Shown in pieces: positions 1 to 12,750 of a stretch of DNA of 64,000 nucleotides (its first letter is position 1; the number at the start of each line of letters is the position of its first letter). The notes under the pieces are model-generated. The model made no database searches, was not told the DNA's origin, and worked only from the letters and a program-made list of their open reading frames with translations. This DNA comes from Psilocybe cubensis. Lineage: Eukaryota. The DNA lies in assembly GCA_017499595.2 (NCBI GenBank), contig CM039008.1, forward strand, positions 2,728,001 to 2,792,000, read 5' to 3'. Both the position numbers and the translations under genes were made by a program.

Positions 1-227
1 GTGGTATTCAGAATCGGTCTCTTCCCTTTTGCGACTCCCGTTCAATATTGTCTCCACAATGCTGCCCACAACCCCACAACCTCATCTCTCTCATCAACCG
101 GACGAACGTTTCTCAACTCGACCTCAGTGTGCCAGAGTGATGTAGAACACGAAATGCCAATGTACCCCGGAAGCATGTATGCGCATCAATACTTAGGAAA
201 GGAGGATGAGGATGAGGTGGTAGACAT
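1..227 (-). pseudogene. Decayed ORF running off the left edge, possibly a second gene of the KDZ element
   Basis: ATG at 227 reads MSTTSSSSSFPKY*CAYMLPGYIGISCSTSLWHTEVELRNVRPVDERDEVVGLWAALWRQY*TGVAKGKRPILNT. Both stops are TGA, compatible with CGA>TGA decay. No family recognised. Confidence 0.35.
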
Positions 228-737
228 GCGTGACAACAGCGCGTGTGAAGGATGTTGGGCGTTGCGGAGGTGCTGCGAGTCAAGTCAAGGTGTGGGATCA
301 GCATGGGTTGATATATGACGCGGTGAGTTTTCGGCATGTTAATGCGATTTCCTGCCTTCAGTTTCAATGTTTTTGATTCACGTTTGTTCTGGGTCTGGTT
401 ATTGATCGAGTGTTAGCACCCTAGCTTTCAATAAACTGGCATTCACACTTCACACTTTGTTGACGCCGTGCCCATATGTGTTTCTCAGTTTCATCAGTGG
501 CAAAGCTTATTACAGCTTATTGTTGTGGGGTAGCGAGGCAATACTGGATGCATGTTTTGAAAAACTGCCGCTTGTTTGATAACACCAAGGATCACCCCTG
601 GGCCGGGGTTATCGTGCGAGCGGCAGGCTTTCAAGACACAGAGCAACAACTAAACCCGGATTGCTGCTTGTTCACAACAACTAATGTAGGTTCCAACATG
701 ATTTCTAATGCTCTTTATTACAACTTCCTACATATCA

Positions 738-3025
738 CTAATCGACTCTGGGTGTATCTGGCTTGAGTAAAAAATCCCTTGGGATTTCATGTGGATTTTT
801 CCCTTTTTTCTCCAAATCCTTAATGATGTTTCGATTTCGCCTCTTGATTAACTCGTCCAAAAAGAATTCATATCTGTCGGCCTGCATCTCACGAACAATG
901 GCTTGATACCCTCCTAGCCAAGCGTTGGCTTGTTCTGCTGCAGATGAGTTAAAACGCCACTTCCCATCAGGCGTCATAAGCTCGGGCCATTTTGCTGGGT
1001 TACAATTGGCATTACATTTGTCGTCTTGAGCTTTATGTTTACACTTGAAATGGAATACGTCAACGGGTAATGCTGAGTGGGAAAAGTACGTGTCTTTCTC
1101 CTTTTCAAGCATTAACATAATTCGACAGTTATTGTCGTGCCAAAGAACTCCTGGAAGAGACTTTTGGGTAGGAAACAAAGTCTTCCAAAATGTCTGAAAA
1201 TTAAATAAGCAACAATTCTCTAGAAGCAAGAAAAATGACGCACCCGTACTCCGTTTGGGGCCTCTGAACCATAGAATGTTGCTCGTCCAAGAATTACACC
1301 ACACGATGCCACACACAGCTCTTCATTATGAGTGCGTCGCCTTCCAAACCGAGCTCGCAATGTTTGATTACCCTTCTCTGACTTCTCGTCACAGACACCA
1401 TTGGCGTCAATCAAAACCTCTTCATCGCCAAATATGGTTGACTGGCCATCATCAGTGGAAAAGGCATCAGTGGGCTGTGAGGTTTTGAGACGGGCAAGCC
1501 GAAGTTTTAATTGAAACATTGCTTTATTGTGGATATCGTTGTATGCTTCAAGAGCTCGGTGATCCTTCAGACTGCACGTTTGATAGCCCTCATCAATGGG
1601 AGCTGAGCAGCTAGTAACCGCACAGATAAGGTTCTGATCTTTATGTGTAGGGCAGAACCGATGTTTGACGGAATCCAAAGGAATATCGCAGTCATGAATA
1701 GAGCAGGTAGGCCGTCCAATAGTTATGCCATCAGTAACCACAGAACGAAGGAAAGCTAGAATCAAGCATGAGTTATATATCACTAGAATCATAAATTTTC
1801 AAAATTTACTCTGTGTTCCATCGGGCAAATCATTATACCAGCAGCATAAATCACATACATGGTTCCAAGCTTCCTGACCAGTCCCTGCCATCCGAAGGTT
1901 CCGTCTCTTTAAGGCTTTTCTGAGGCGGATGGCTTGACTAGGCGCTACATGGTCAATTTGTAAGACCTCATCTTCTTCTTCCGAGTCTTCAAGAAGCCAG
2001 AAGAGACTAAGACCATTCCATACGTCATTGTGTTCTAGCACCATGCTTTTGGAATATGCTGCAGGAAGAGAGGATGACAGGGACTTTGAAGCTATTGCTT
2101 CATTATAGATGCGGGCACAATTTGAAGCAGAAGTCCTGTACACTCCAAGTTAATGGAAGAAATTCACAACAAAAGAAAGAAGCTACCAAGACGTCAACAT
2201 CATTGTCGTAAACAATTCCAACGTGGCAATGTCCATAAAAATTCCTTCTGTAACATGCAGAAAGGTGCGATGTATACGGTAAAATGTCCGAGTGGATTGT
2301 GCTCTATCTACCCAGTAGTTAGGGTAGTATCGAGTTTGGCATCCTGCGTTTATTATTGTTAGAAGGGGGAGTTTCAACAAAATAACAATACTAAACACAT
2401 ACCCGAACAAAACATTGAAGTAGAAATACCCGGGATGGGTCCAAATGATTGTGTAAAAACAGTAACAGAACGGCTATGTGCTTCTTTCAGTGGACGTCGA
2501 TGGAGCTCATCCTTTTTAGAAGTCTTGGGCTTGATAACACATCGTGGATCAAGGCAATGACGAACAGGAGGCATTAGATGATAAAAGGCTCCGATTTTAG
2601 AATTAGTAGTGGTTTTAGCTTGATATATATGCTAACTCACCTATGCCATTCTGTCTTCCATAGTCAAGAAAGCATTGAATATGACGTTGACCAAAGGAAT
2701 GAACACAGCTTTCATCAACCCTAAAATTCCACGCAATATTGGCCATTGCACGCCAAATAATCTTCATAGCCTCATGATCGACACTTAAAGATTGTGCGAG
2801 AAAAGTGTGTACGTTCAGACGCAACCGTGCTGGACATTTGTCTTCACCCGCATCAGATTCTGCTAGTCCTGGTTGTTGTGACAGACAGATTGTTGGCTTT
2901 AGGAGTTGGATAAGTTCAATGAACTTCAAACATCCTTCAAAGTCCAAATATTTGGCAATACTAGCTTGGATTTGAAGGATTGATTGGAGAGTAGATGAAG
3001 AATATGCACTAGATGAAGAGGACAT
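738..3025 (-). mobile_element. Kyakuja-Dileera-Zisupton (KDZ)-type transposase gene with CxC5 and CxC6 domains (multi-exon)
   Basis: Spliced ORF pieces give CxC5-like (PPVRHCLDPRC...MFCSGCQTRYYPNYWV...SWTSASNCARIYN) and CxC6-like (VVTDGITIGRPTCSIHDCDIPL...RFCPTH...CAVTSC...TCSLKDH) segments. KDZ core motifs: RTHNEELCVASCGVILGRATFYGSE, WHDNNC, PVDVFHFKCKH, FNSSAAEQANAWL. GT-AG introns join the ORF pieces. Confidence 0.85.
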
Positions 3026-3359
3026 AATGGTTGCAAGGTTAGAAGTTGTTCAACGATGTAATTGTATTAGCATTTTACATCTATTGTCTACTAAAACAGC
3101 TACAATAAATACTACCTAAACGGGCCTTGTCTATGGAAGTAGCACACCGCAGGAGTAACTGGTGGAAAAGGCGGAAAAATACAGGAGAGGCGGGGTGCCA
3201 TTAAAATATTAACCAGTGGCACTTAGCATTCTCATGGCCAGGTCGGGGGCGGGGGGCGGAGGGCGGTAATGTGTCGGGGAAGGCCACTGATCGCTGTAGA
3301 GCAGAGTGAGCACGGCTGTCACTCACCCAAGTCACACAGGCCCACCCAAAGGCCTATGA

Positions 3360-3400
3360 GTCCGGCGGACAGTCCGGCGGACAGTCTGGCGGACAGTCCG
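3360..3400. repeat. Tandem 12-bp repeat (GTCCGGCGGACA x3), probable subterminal repeat of the KDZ element
   Basis: gtccggcggaca-gtccggcggaca-gtctggcggaca-gtccg, about 340 bp upstream of the transposase ATG. The element end itself is not resolved. Confidence 0.65.
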
Positions 3401-4440
3401 CGCCATTTTTTTTCGCAAACCACCTGTCCTCAATAGTGGGATCCACCTATCATGTACTATAACCCCCGAAACAGGTTCCCCGTGACTAATTTTGCCAAAT
3501 TATACGCGTTCCAACGAGCTCATCGTCTGTTTTCTTGTCTGTGTATATCCGTGGGATACATTGGATCAACATTTCATTCTGATTCGTATGGAGGAAGAAG
3601 ATCGCAGGAGTAGTCCAAACAATCCAGTACATCGTGTCTGGTTAAATGTCGGACTCCGCTGCATGGAACCGGATCGCTACCGGAATAAAGGCTACTACAA
3701 CTGAGCTGGAATTTTTTTTACAGTTCTGGATTGTATGCTACCTACCACAGAGCGTGCCCATAGATTTATTAAATAGCAACATAAACCTTACATGTAGGAA
3801 CTCTAAGGAACTCAGTGGAGAGCCAAGGACGAGTAATACACCTAGATACGTAGTGTTCCCGGACTTCGTAATATCGTACCTTTTAAATCTGTGAGGGGTT
3901 TGACAAATAATGGAAAGTAGCTATAGGATTCTCAAAATTATGAATAACGTTCACGCTTCTCTTCCTTTGAAAAGAAAATGACTAGAAGAGAATAGTAAAG
4001 CTGAAAAGATATTTGTAGATCATTTGCTTCAAGACAATCTTCAGGTTCGAAGGACTAGCCTTGCGAAGGTATGTCGAGCTCGTGTCGATATCCAAGGCTA
4101 TAAATAGATTTATCAGGTGGGACTACACGTGGCAAAGAACATTTCTATTTTGCCGCCCAGCATTCATTTTTTTCAACTTTGTCTAAATTCCGGCTACGTC
4201 TATTGACCTGGCTTTATTCTTTCTCCTCCCAGCTCACGCCTTGCATCCCGAATAACCACCGCTGTGTCATGGGATACAATCTCTCCTATTTTTCTCTGGT
4301 TGGCGAGGTCGACAGAGCATGAATACGTCACACATCGTTTGTTTGCTGGACCGACAAATCGCCTACCGAATGCAGGCGTATAAAAGACAGGCCCACCAGC
4401 TGCGGTCTTTGTGGAATTAGTATCTAGCATATCCTACAAC

Positions 4441-5508
4441 ATGTTCAAACGCCTGGCTCTCTCCTCCACTTTTGTTCTCCTCGCTCTCCAAGCCTTTGCC
4501 TCTGAGGTCGAGGTCGAAAAGCGAGCATGCCCAAACATTCACGTCTTCGGTGCCCGTGAGACCACAGCTCCTCCCGGATACGGAACCGCTGGAGTCGTTG
4601 TCAACTTGGTTCTCAATGCTCACCCAGGAGCGACCGCTGAGGCTATTAACTACCCAGCTTGCGGTGGCCAATCGTCGTGCGGAGGTGTCAGCTACGCCAA
4701 CTCTGCCGTACAAGGTGTTAAAGCTGTTGCATCTGCCGTCAACAGCTTTAACTCCCAATGCCCCGATACCCAGCTTGTTCTTGTCGGGTATTCTCAGGTA
4801 CGTTGCAGATATTTCTGTGGCATAGTTCCTGACAAATCGCATTCTAGGGTGGTCAAATTATGGATGATGCATTCTGCGGTGGAGGTGACACCAACGAGGG
4901 TCTGACCGATACTTCAATCCCCATCCAAGCTTCTGCTATCAAAAAGATTGCAGCTGCCATCTTCATGGGTGACCCTCGCCACATTCCAGGCTTGTCCTAC
5001 AATGTCGGCACATGCAATGCCAGCGGTGTATGTTCTCAGCGGCTTTATGAACACTAATAATTGCTAATAAGAGCTCCACAGTTCGCCCCTCGCCCGGCCG
5101 GCTTCCAGTGCCCCAACGCAAGCAAAATTAAGTCCTACTGCGATGCTGCCGACCCATACTGCTGCAACGGAAACGACGCCAATACTCACCAAGGCTACGG
5201 AACTGAATACGGCCAACAGGCTCTGGCTTTCATCAACTCTCAGCTTACTGCTACTGCAGGCTCAGGTGGAGGCTCATCGCCCTCATCCTCGTCGTCTGCT
5301 CCTTCCAGCACCTCCACTGGAAACCCCTCTGGCGGAACTGCGGCCCACTACGGACAGTGTGGAGGTATTGGCTGGACAGGACCAACTGTTTGTGCCTCCC
5401 CATACACATGTCAAGTATCGAACGCTTACGTGAGTTGTGGATTCTATTTTTCCGTGGGAGTTGTTCTAACACGTTTTATTGGCTTGATAGTACAGCCAGT
5501 GCCTGTAA
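4441..5508 (+). CDS. Secreted acetylxylan esterase (CE5/cutinase family) with Ser/Gly linker and C-terminal CBM1
   Basis: Signal peptide [40 protein letters not shown] nucleophile motif split by an intron after 4797; [10 protein letters not shown] and HQGYG; CBM1 [33 protein letters not shown]. Three introns. Confidence 0.93.
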
Positions 5509-5847
5509 GCTTAACAATGAAGAAGCCAAAAACATACATCCTTGTATTACTCAGACATTTGAATATATTTGTATTATATCCTTGAAATTGCCTCCATCAG
5601 AATTGGTGACGCGCCTTATCTAACTGTTCGCTCATCATTCATGCAGTCATGTCAAACCGATAGGTCGATGAATCACGAAACGTAGAGTGAAAAAGACATT
5701 CAAATAACTTGTCGGTGAGCTTAATAGTATGGAAAACTACTCCAGGGGCGTGGATGCTACTTCACAACTAATTGTCGGAAACCTCCTCCCCAACAACTGA
5801 ACCGACTAGCTTCAGATGTTCGATTGGTCGTGCTATGTTCCCGTCAT

Positions 5848-6243
5848 TTAACAGTAGATTCCATAGCTTTGGTACTCGGCGACTGAGGTGAAGATGCAGG
5901 TTCCCGTTGTATCAGTGTCCAGCCTTTGAATGACTCCCCCTTGTTGATTATTATCTGGGTATAAGCTGACATGGCAGTTTCCCAGAGCATGGGTGACAAC
6001 GATAGATGCTTGTGTGGGATTAAAATTGCCCTTGCAAGATTGACCTGGCTTGAGATCGCATGAAATGGTTGTCCCATGTCCACACGCTGTAGGTAAATTT
6101 TAATTGAGAAGTCGGCAACGTTGTAATACTAATAGGCGCCACTTACCAGTTCCCAACGGTGCGACGTTGAATGCAACGAGAGAGCCCATAGCTTGCCTGG
6201 CTATGGCCAGGACAATGAGAGTAGCAAGAGATTTAAATTGCAT
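5848..6243 (-). CDS. Small secreted cysteine-rich protein, 111 aa, 6 Cys
   Basis: Exon 6243-6147, intron 6146-6087 (GTAAGT...CTACAG), exon 6086-5848. Gives MQFKSLATLIVLAIARQAMGSLVAFNVAPLGTACGHGTTISCDLKPGQSCKGNFNPTQASIVVTHALGNCHVSLYPDNNQQGGVIQRLDTDTTGTCIFTSVAEYQSYGIYC*. Not shown as a whole in the ORF track. Confidence 0.8.
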
Positions 6244-7306
6244 ATTGTTCTGCCGTTTACAAGCATAAAGAAACCTTTTATAGCCCTGCAGTTCGTCTGG
6301 TGTAAAAATACATGTGTCACTCACGCCCATTCACGACTAACTTCAAGACTCCCTTTTGGAAATATATGTTGTTCAGCCACATGCCCGCCGTCGCCGGCCA
6401 TGCCCATGTTATATTGAAGTCAACGACATTTCACTCGTATTCGAGTTTGTCATACAAAGGCCGACAAGGGTGAACATCAGATGACTAGATTGAAAGCTGT
6501 AGTATTCACCCAACAGTATTGCGAAAGTCGGAGATATGGTAAATAGCACATACTCCTGTGCAAGTTCTTGTCCCTCGACGGGCAGGTACGGCGACACATA
6601 ACGCTAAATGATAGATGTAAGATGAAGACAATTCAAAGGCACGCGTCGATGATATTGGCTAAAGGCGCCTTGAGGTAATAATCTGTAATAATTGTGATAC
6701 CGCTGTTTCCACCGTCCTGATGCTTTGCCACTCAGTGACGAAGATTGTAAGGTTTGGTTGATAACACCCTGATAACGCATGTAGTACCGCTCACAGTGGT
6801 CACTACGTTGTTACCCGATGAGGCTGCTGCGGCGATCAAGTGTTTGTTTATAATACCAAAGTCTGATTAATAAAGTCCACATTTTTCCGCGAGTCAGTAC
6901 CTCCGACAATTTTGAAGCGGGACAGTTTATCAATCGCACCCACATGAGTCCTGTGAAAGCATGCCCGCCTTTCTCTAAATTATCCCTATCCAGGCTCTTG
7001 ACGTCAACTAAGTCAACACACCCATTTATTATTCGACCAAGCCTTTGTGTTCACTCGAACCTTAGGATTCGACTGGGCTGCTATATTCAAGGATCGCCAA
7101 TTCTTGGGGGAAATATCAATGACGTCACTTCTCCTGTATTTCGATTATATCATACAAGGTTCAAAAGCCAGGTCGTAAATTTCCACCGACCCTATTCGTC
7201 CCCTCTTCTTTCAACTACCATCTCGATTACAATTCCTAAGAACCCCGCCTTTCGTAGGGCCATTACCGCCTTCAGCGAGTTTTCGTCAACCTCTTCTTCG
7301 TCGAGA

Positions 7307-8591
7307 ATGTCACCGAAGTCCAGCATGGACAACCCCGAGGTCAATGGCAACAACATCCTCCTTTGCCAGATTCCTACCTTAGGATATACCATTCAAAACA
7401 TTTTCATTTCTCTGGCCACAATTGCGTCCTCTTGTGCTTCCCTTTTCATGACTATTTGCATCATACTTCCTATGTCTGTTATACGCACGTTGATGCCTAC
7501 GAAATACCTTCAGACATCCGGTAAAGCGGCATTGGAAGGAAAAAACAAGGTTGTGTTGATTGTAGGGGCTTCGAGAGGTATCGGGTTCAATGTTTTAAAA
7601 CAATATGCAAATGATCCGGACACCGTTATCATCGCCGCTTCTAAGTCAATTGGTATTTATCCCTATTCATATCTCTGGGTACCTAAGCTCATATATGCCA
7701 AAAGAATCGATTCGAAAAGCTGTCATTGACCTAGGCGATACTCCTGCCATTATTCAGTGTGCGGAGATTGATCTGACAGCTTCCAAAAAGCAGCTTGTGG
7801 ACAGTATAAAATCCCTCGACAAACAATATGGGCCCATTACACATCTGTACGAAGTCAGTGGCATATCTAACCACCTCAAGGACTCTAGCGCGTGGGGACT
7901 GGTGAGTAGATATTCATTTAGAGCGTTGGATACAATTTTGACGGACTAAACTAATCCCTGTGATTATTTAGGATGTCACTTCAGAGATGATCAATGTGAA
8001 CGTTTCTGGAACTGTTACCTCTGTCCTCACCATGTACGAGCTCATGAAATCTCGCGGATACGGCAAGATTGTTTGTATATCTTTCTGTAACATGGCTGAA
8101 CACGCGCTGAATTGGTGTGATTAGTGTGTGGTCGGTTCTGTGGCAGGACTTTACAGCCCTGCTAACATGATCTCGTATGCATCCACTAAGGCATTCATCA
8201 ATACCTTTTCTACCTCCCTTCGCGTTCTGGCGGCTCCATGTGGGGTCGACGTCGTGACCGTTCAACCCGGATTTATCGATACGCGTATGACAAAAATGAT
8301 GCGCGGCCAGGGAAGTACCGTACCTGGTAGAGAGTTCGCCAGTGCTGCAGGAATGGCCAAATGCATGAAGGATGCTGTTGAACATGGTGGTGTCGGCGTT
8401 GTCAGTTGGCCTGTCCGACAGAGCGTGCAAATGTACGCTTTGAAAGGTGAAGCCTCATTTTCCAGCTATAAAATTTGAGTTGGACTGCTTACTTATCTTA
8501 CTTATCTTATGTAGCCGTGAACCCTATTTGCGAGGAGTTCGGGAAGTGGGCTTCGATGAAACTGGGGATGTCTGGTAAAAAGATAACATAA
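7307..8591 (+). CDS. Classical short-chain dehydrogenase/reductase with N-terminal hydrophobic segment
   Basis: VLIVGASRGIG Rossmann motif, INVNV, GSVAG, YASTK catalytic motif, VQPGFIDTRM. About 4 introns. Start codon is the best guess. Confidence 0.85.
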
Positions 8592-9540
8592 AAGGATTTT
8601 TTCTTCGATGACTTATCCCCCAGTTCATCATAGTAGGATACATTATTATTTCACGTTCCATTATGTTTGATTATAGATTATTATCATTGTAAGTTTCTGA
8701 AAGATGACATGGACATTGTTCGGAATGTAAAGGGCTTTTTGTGCCTGTTAGAATTGGACGCCCTGTTCCCACCTAGCCTCGCGAGCCAGGCCTTCTGTGA
8801 ATCTCGTCTCTTTTCTAGATAAGGCAGGTACCGAGTGATATGTTTGTACAAATGTTGTCTTTATTTATGTCGTCAAACATTGATCGGAGTGCGAAAAGAG
8901 AGAGATTCCGTGACTCTGCCAAAACCGAACCGTTTGGCCCAGCCATTTCTGACGAAACCGAGCGGAGCTCGAAATATGCTGAGTCAGAAACGACTGGTCT
9001 ACGAGCCTAGTTCCCACCCCGTTTTAATTTGATCGGAGTTTTAAATGACGGAACATTTGCCGCTTGCGGCTCGCAAAATTGAAACCGTGTTACCCTCTTA
9101 TTCTCGTTGCCATGGCATAGTTATCCCAACATCCTCCCATTGACCATCCCTGCAAGGGCTTGTGAGTCGGTTGAGATTTTCTTCCATTAATGCAGTTGTT
9201 AAACCATCTTTCCTTGCTTTGCTTTTTCAAAATGGATAACAGGATTCAAGGTTACCCCACGTTCCAAGCAACAAATGATACGAGAACACTCTGAATCGAG
9301 ACGAGACTTGCTGCTTCGTACCTTTTGCTACTCCAAGGGACGGAATAGGTCGAGCGGAATGGCGACGGAGATCCGCAGGACTCCGTTAAACTGTAGACGA
9401 CATCAGAAACATCATTTTCTTCCTTGATTACTGATGCCTATCGACTCGAGTCAGAAGCGCCCGTGTCTTCTGGCATAAAAGCGCCTGCTGCTCATTCAAA
9501 TCTCTCAAAAGATTCTTGTAACTTCAATACACCAATCCCA

Positions 9541-10421
9541 ATGGCAGAAGCCTATGAACCCACTGAGCGCAGCAAGGTCAATCGATACAAGACAAGAGGT
9601 GCGCACGATCAATCACTCGCACAAGTCGTCATCAGCTAACTGTTTTACTAGCAAACTATGATTACGATACGATCCATGGAATCATTGATACATGTCCAGT
9701 CCTCCATGTTTCCTTCAACCCTTCGTCAATGGACGATGATCCCTTCCCGACGATTCTTCCCATGATTGGGTGCACAGGCTCTTACACCCCTCCAAATGCT
9801 GCGGAGACATCTGCCGTGTGTGTATACCTCCACGGTCACTCTTCGTCGCGGTTTATGAAGCTCCCGGCCGTTCAATCTGAATCTGACGATCCGGTTTATT
9901 CGAGTCTGCCTGGTACACCCGCATGCATTGCTGCAACTCATATGGACGGGGTGGTTCTAGCCTTGACACCATTCAACCACAGCTGCAACTACCGCAGCGC
10001 TGTAATCCACGGCTACGCGAATATTGTAACGGACTCCGCTGAAAAGATGTACGCGTTACAGCTTATCACGGACTCCCTCATCCCTTCCCGCTGGGATCAT
10101 TCAAGAGTCCCCCCGACGCCGTCAGAAATGAACTCGACTTCTGTACTTCGAGTGGACATTGTTTCAGCGAGTGCTAAGATCAGGGCAGGGCCACCGGGCA
10201 ATGATCGCGCTGATCTGGATGACGTTGGAATGCGACAGAGGGTGTGGACTGGTGTTCTCCCCGCTTGGGGAGTGTGGGGGCCACCAGTAGCTGCACCCGA
10301 GAATTTGGTTCCAGACGTGCCTGGATATATTTCTGACTTTGTGAAAGAACAGAACGACAAGGGGGAAAGATATGCCACCGAGATCGCGGGTAAAGCTTTG
10401 ACGTCCAAAAAGCAAGCTTAA
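9541..10421 (+). CDS. FMN-binding split-barrel protein (pyridoxamine 5'-phosphate oxidase-like / NimA-like flavin-nucleotide-binding family)
   Basis: One intron near 9599-9651. Motifs RANYDYDTIHGIID, PTILPMIG, YLHGHSSSR, THMDGVVLALTPFNHSCNYRSAVIHG, SAKIRAGPP, VWTGVLP. Confidence 0.88.
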
Positions 10422-10494
10422 CAGACTTGTTCACGTCTTGATGGAAATCTTAGCAATCATTATTTTCTGATAGTCTGGAAAACAAAGAACTGCT

Positions 10495-11847
10495 TCAATT
10501 GGTAGCTGTATCGCCGACAACATTTTTCCAGAACATTTCTTCTGAAAACCGCTTTACTATGGAGTAATAATAGGTTCTATTTTTCTCGTATTCAGCTTGA
10601 ACTTGCGCGTACGTCTCTCCCAGGTTCCGGTCAAATTCGTCATCCGTAATCTCCTTACTGAGCCGCTGGGCAAGCTGTAGGCCAATGTACGTGCCCATTT
10701 CCAACGCTGTCATCATTCCTTGCGATGAGAGAGGATCGAACGCCATTGCTGCGTCTCCAACGGCTGCCCAGCGCTGACTTGAGTTATAAGCTCTGTCGAG
10801 AGTGGAAGATCCGGCTGCAGTACAGCATGGGTATCCTTTTTGTAAACGGTAGTCCCATTTTGTGATGATATCGGAGATATGCGTCGAAGACGCTTGAAGT
10901 TGGTCGAGAAACCCAGCCGAACGTCGAGATGATTTAGCTGATGGGTGTGTTGGCAGTGTGTGGAAAACAACAATCCGGGTACAGGGGTTGTGGCAGATAA
11001 GGGAACTATACCACCATCCATCGATGGCGGCTTCAATAAGGGTTCGTCTATCATTGTCATTTCCTTGGACCTCTTCATAGCTCTCAGAGATAAAGATCCC
11101 GTAGAACGCAAGCAACGGTGAACGCGAGTTGATACGGCTGTCGACCTTTGTGCAGAATTAATTGTGGAAATTGTGGTCGATATCGGAGAAATCACACCTT
11201 AGTGGCCACTGAAGCCTTCCGCCCAGTTGCGTCTATGACCCATTCTGCTCTGACCAGATCTTTTTCTCCATCTACGTCTATTTCAATGTTCCAAATGCCA
11301 TCAGACCCTTTACGTACACCTTTAAACGTCGCTATCGTAAACGCAGACGCCGACCTTTTACGCGACCCGACATCCCGTACAGAGTTCCGCAGAAGCTCGT
11401 CAAAAGCTGCGCGATTTAGATGTAGACCGTGGCCAAAGGGATTCATAATGGCATGTCGTTCTTCAAGAATCGGGGACGACCATGCTGATGCATTCCCAGT
11501 GCACACAGTATGTTCTCCTCTACTAACCATTCGAGAAAGCGAGTCGGTCAACGATGGGTCAAGATACTGCAAAATCCTGCCAGATTCGGGCGGTAAAGAC
11601 TCTCCTATCTAACTTAAATTGTCAGGCTGTGGTTAAGGCTTATACGGAGATGATTTCCACACCTTGAACATCAATGGATTGGCGTTGTCAATGACTAAAC
11701 ATGACACCTCCGGTAGGTTTCTACACAGACTCAAAGCAGTTGCACAACCAGATACTCCACCACCGATGATGGCTACTGTAAGAAAAGCAGATTCAGACTT
11801 CAAAACAAAATCTGCGAGTTAAGAGTCGTACCTTGGTACACTGTCAT
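10495..11847 (-). CDS. lodB-like: LodB/GoxB-like FAD-dependent oxidoreductase (putative CTQ maturase)
   Basis: Three introns. MTVYQVAIIGGGVSGCATA (GxGxxG), KIGESLPP, NPFGHGLHLNRAAFDELL, WVIDATGRKA, EAAIDGWWYS, WAAVGDAAMAFDPLSSQGMMTAL. Divergent from a lodA-like gene. Confidence 0.85.
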
Positions 11848-12750
11848 TCTCCGTCCGTCCGAGGGGGGGGGGGGTAGACAACAGTTGTACAGGCCTCAGA
11901 CTTACGCAGAAAAGATATGGCCAGGATTAGGAATAACGAAGTAAGATGGATCGTTACGTGATCCAGAACTTTCAACTTGGATTTTTTTAGCACCGGCTGC
12001 ACAGGCAAGCCGCGACTTAAAAGAGACAATCCGTTCCCCATTGAATTCAACATTATCCTCCTTTAGCCTCCAGTTCTCATGATGATCAAACATGTGTGTG
12101 CACTTTGTGCGACTTGAGGCCAAGACGTTCAGAGGTATGCAGCCTAATGGTAACAGGAAGCCATTTGACGATAATCAGACAACGTCCGATGACTATACAG
12201 CGGCGTCCCATTGGTTGATAAAATTAACGTGAGAATTCGGAGAGTATATTTACCGTACAAAACTCGGCCAAATATGCTGGTGTTTCATTTTACCTGTCGT
12301 TCAACACCTCACCATTCTGCCAAGGCAGCCCGTGCGTCAGGGTTACGGTCTTATCTTTCAAAATCGCCCTATAATTTATCCACTCTAAGCAAATTGAAGG
12401 CGTGGCAGGGTGTCAACACCCTGAGTTCATTGGGATGATTGTCATGAACGCGGTACTTTGCCACCCAACTTTGGCCCAACTACTCTTCGAACCGCTTAAG
12501 ATTTTTATCAACTCCTCAGGGCAGAGACCATTATCCGCAAATATGTTTTGATCAATGCTATTCTTTGATCAATACGCCGCATATACACCTCTTCATACGC
12601 TCATCTGACTCTGCTATGCCACACGAGGCTGATATTCTATCTTCTATCTAGACGCAATCGACTAATCAACTTTCGTCAACATATAGGAGGGAGGGTATAA
12701 AATGGACAATACGTATTGCTACTTAGAACATTGACATTTCAACGTCAACT
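11848..12750. promoter_or_regulatory. Shared divergent intergenic region of the lodB-like/lodA-like pair
   Basis: 903 bp between the two ATGs; TATAAAA at about 12696-12702, roughly 50 bp upstream of the lodA-like ATG. Confidence 0.5.

Noticed and set aside
3360-3400. CRISPR-like reading of the short repeats here and in the copia LTRs
   Set aside because: Eukaryotic context, no unique spacers and no cas genes; explained as transposon repeats.
6944-7306. N-terminal extension of the SDR ORF
   Set aside because: Looks like promoter or 5' UTR that is open by chance; the SDR-like sequence begins at or after 7307.
10495-11847. Flavin-dependent halogenase
   Set aside because: No WxWxIP motif (it has GWWYS); IGESLPP, FDPLSSQG and the adjacency to a lodA-like gene fit LodB better.
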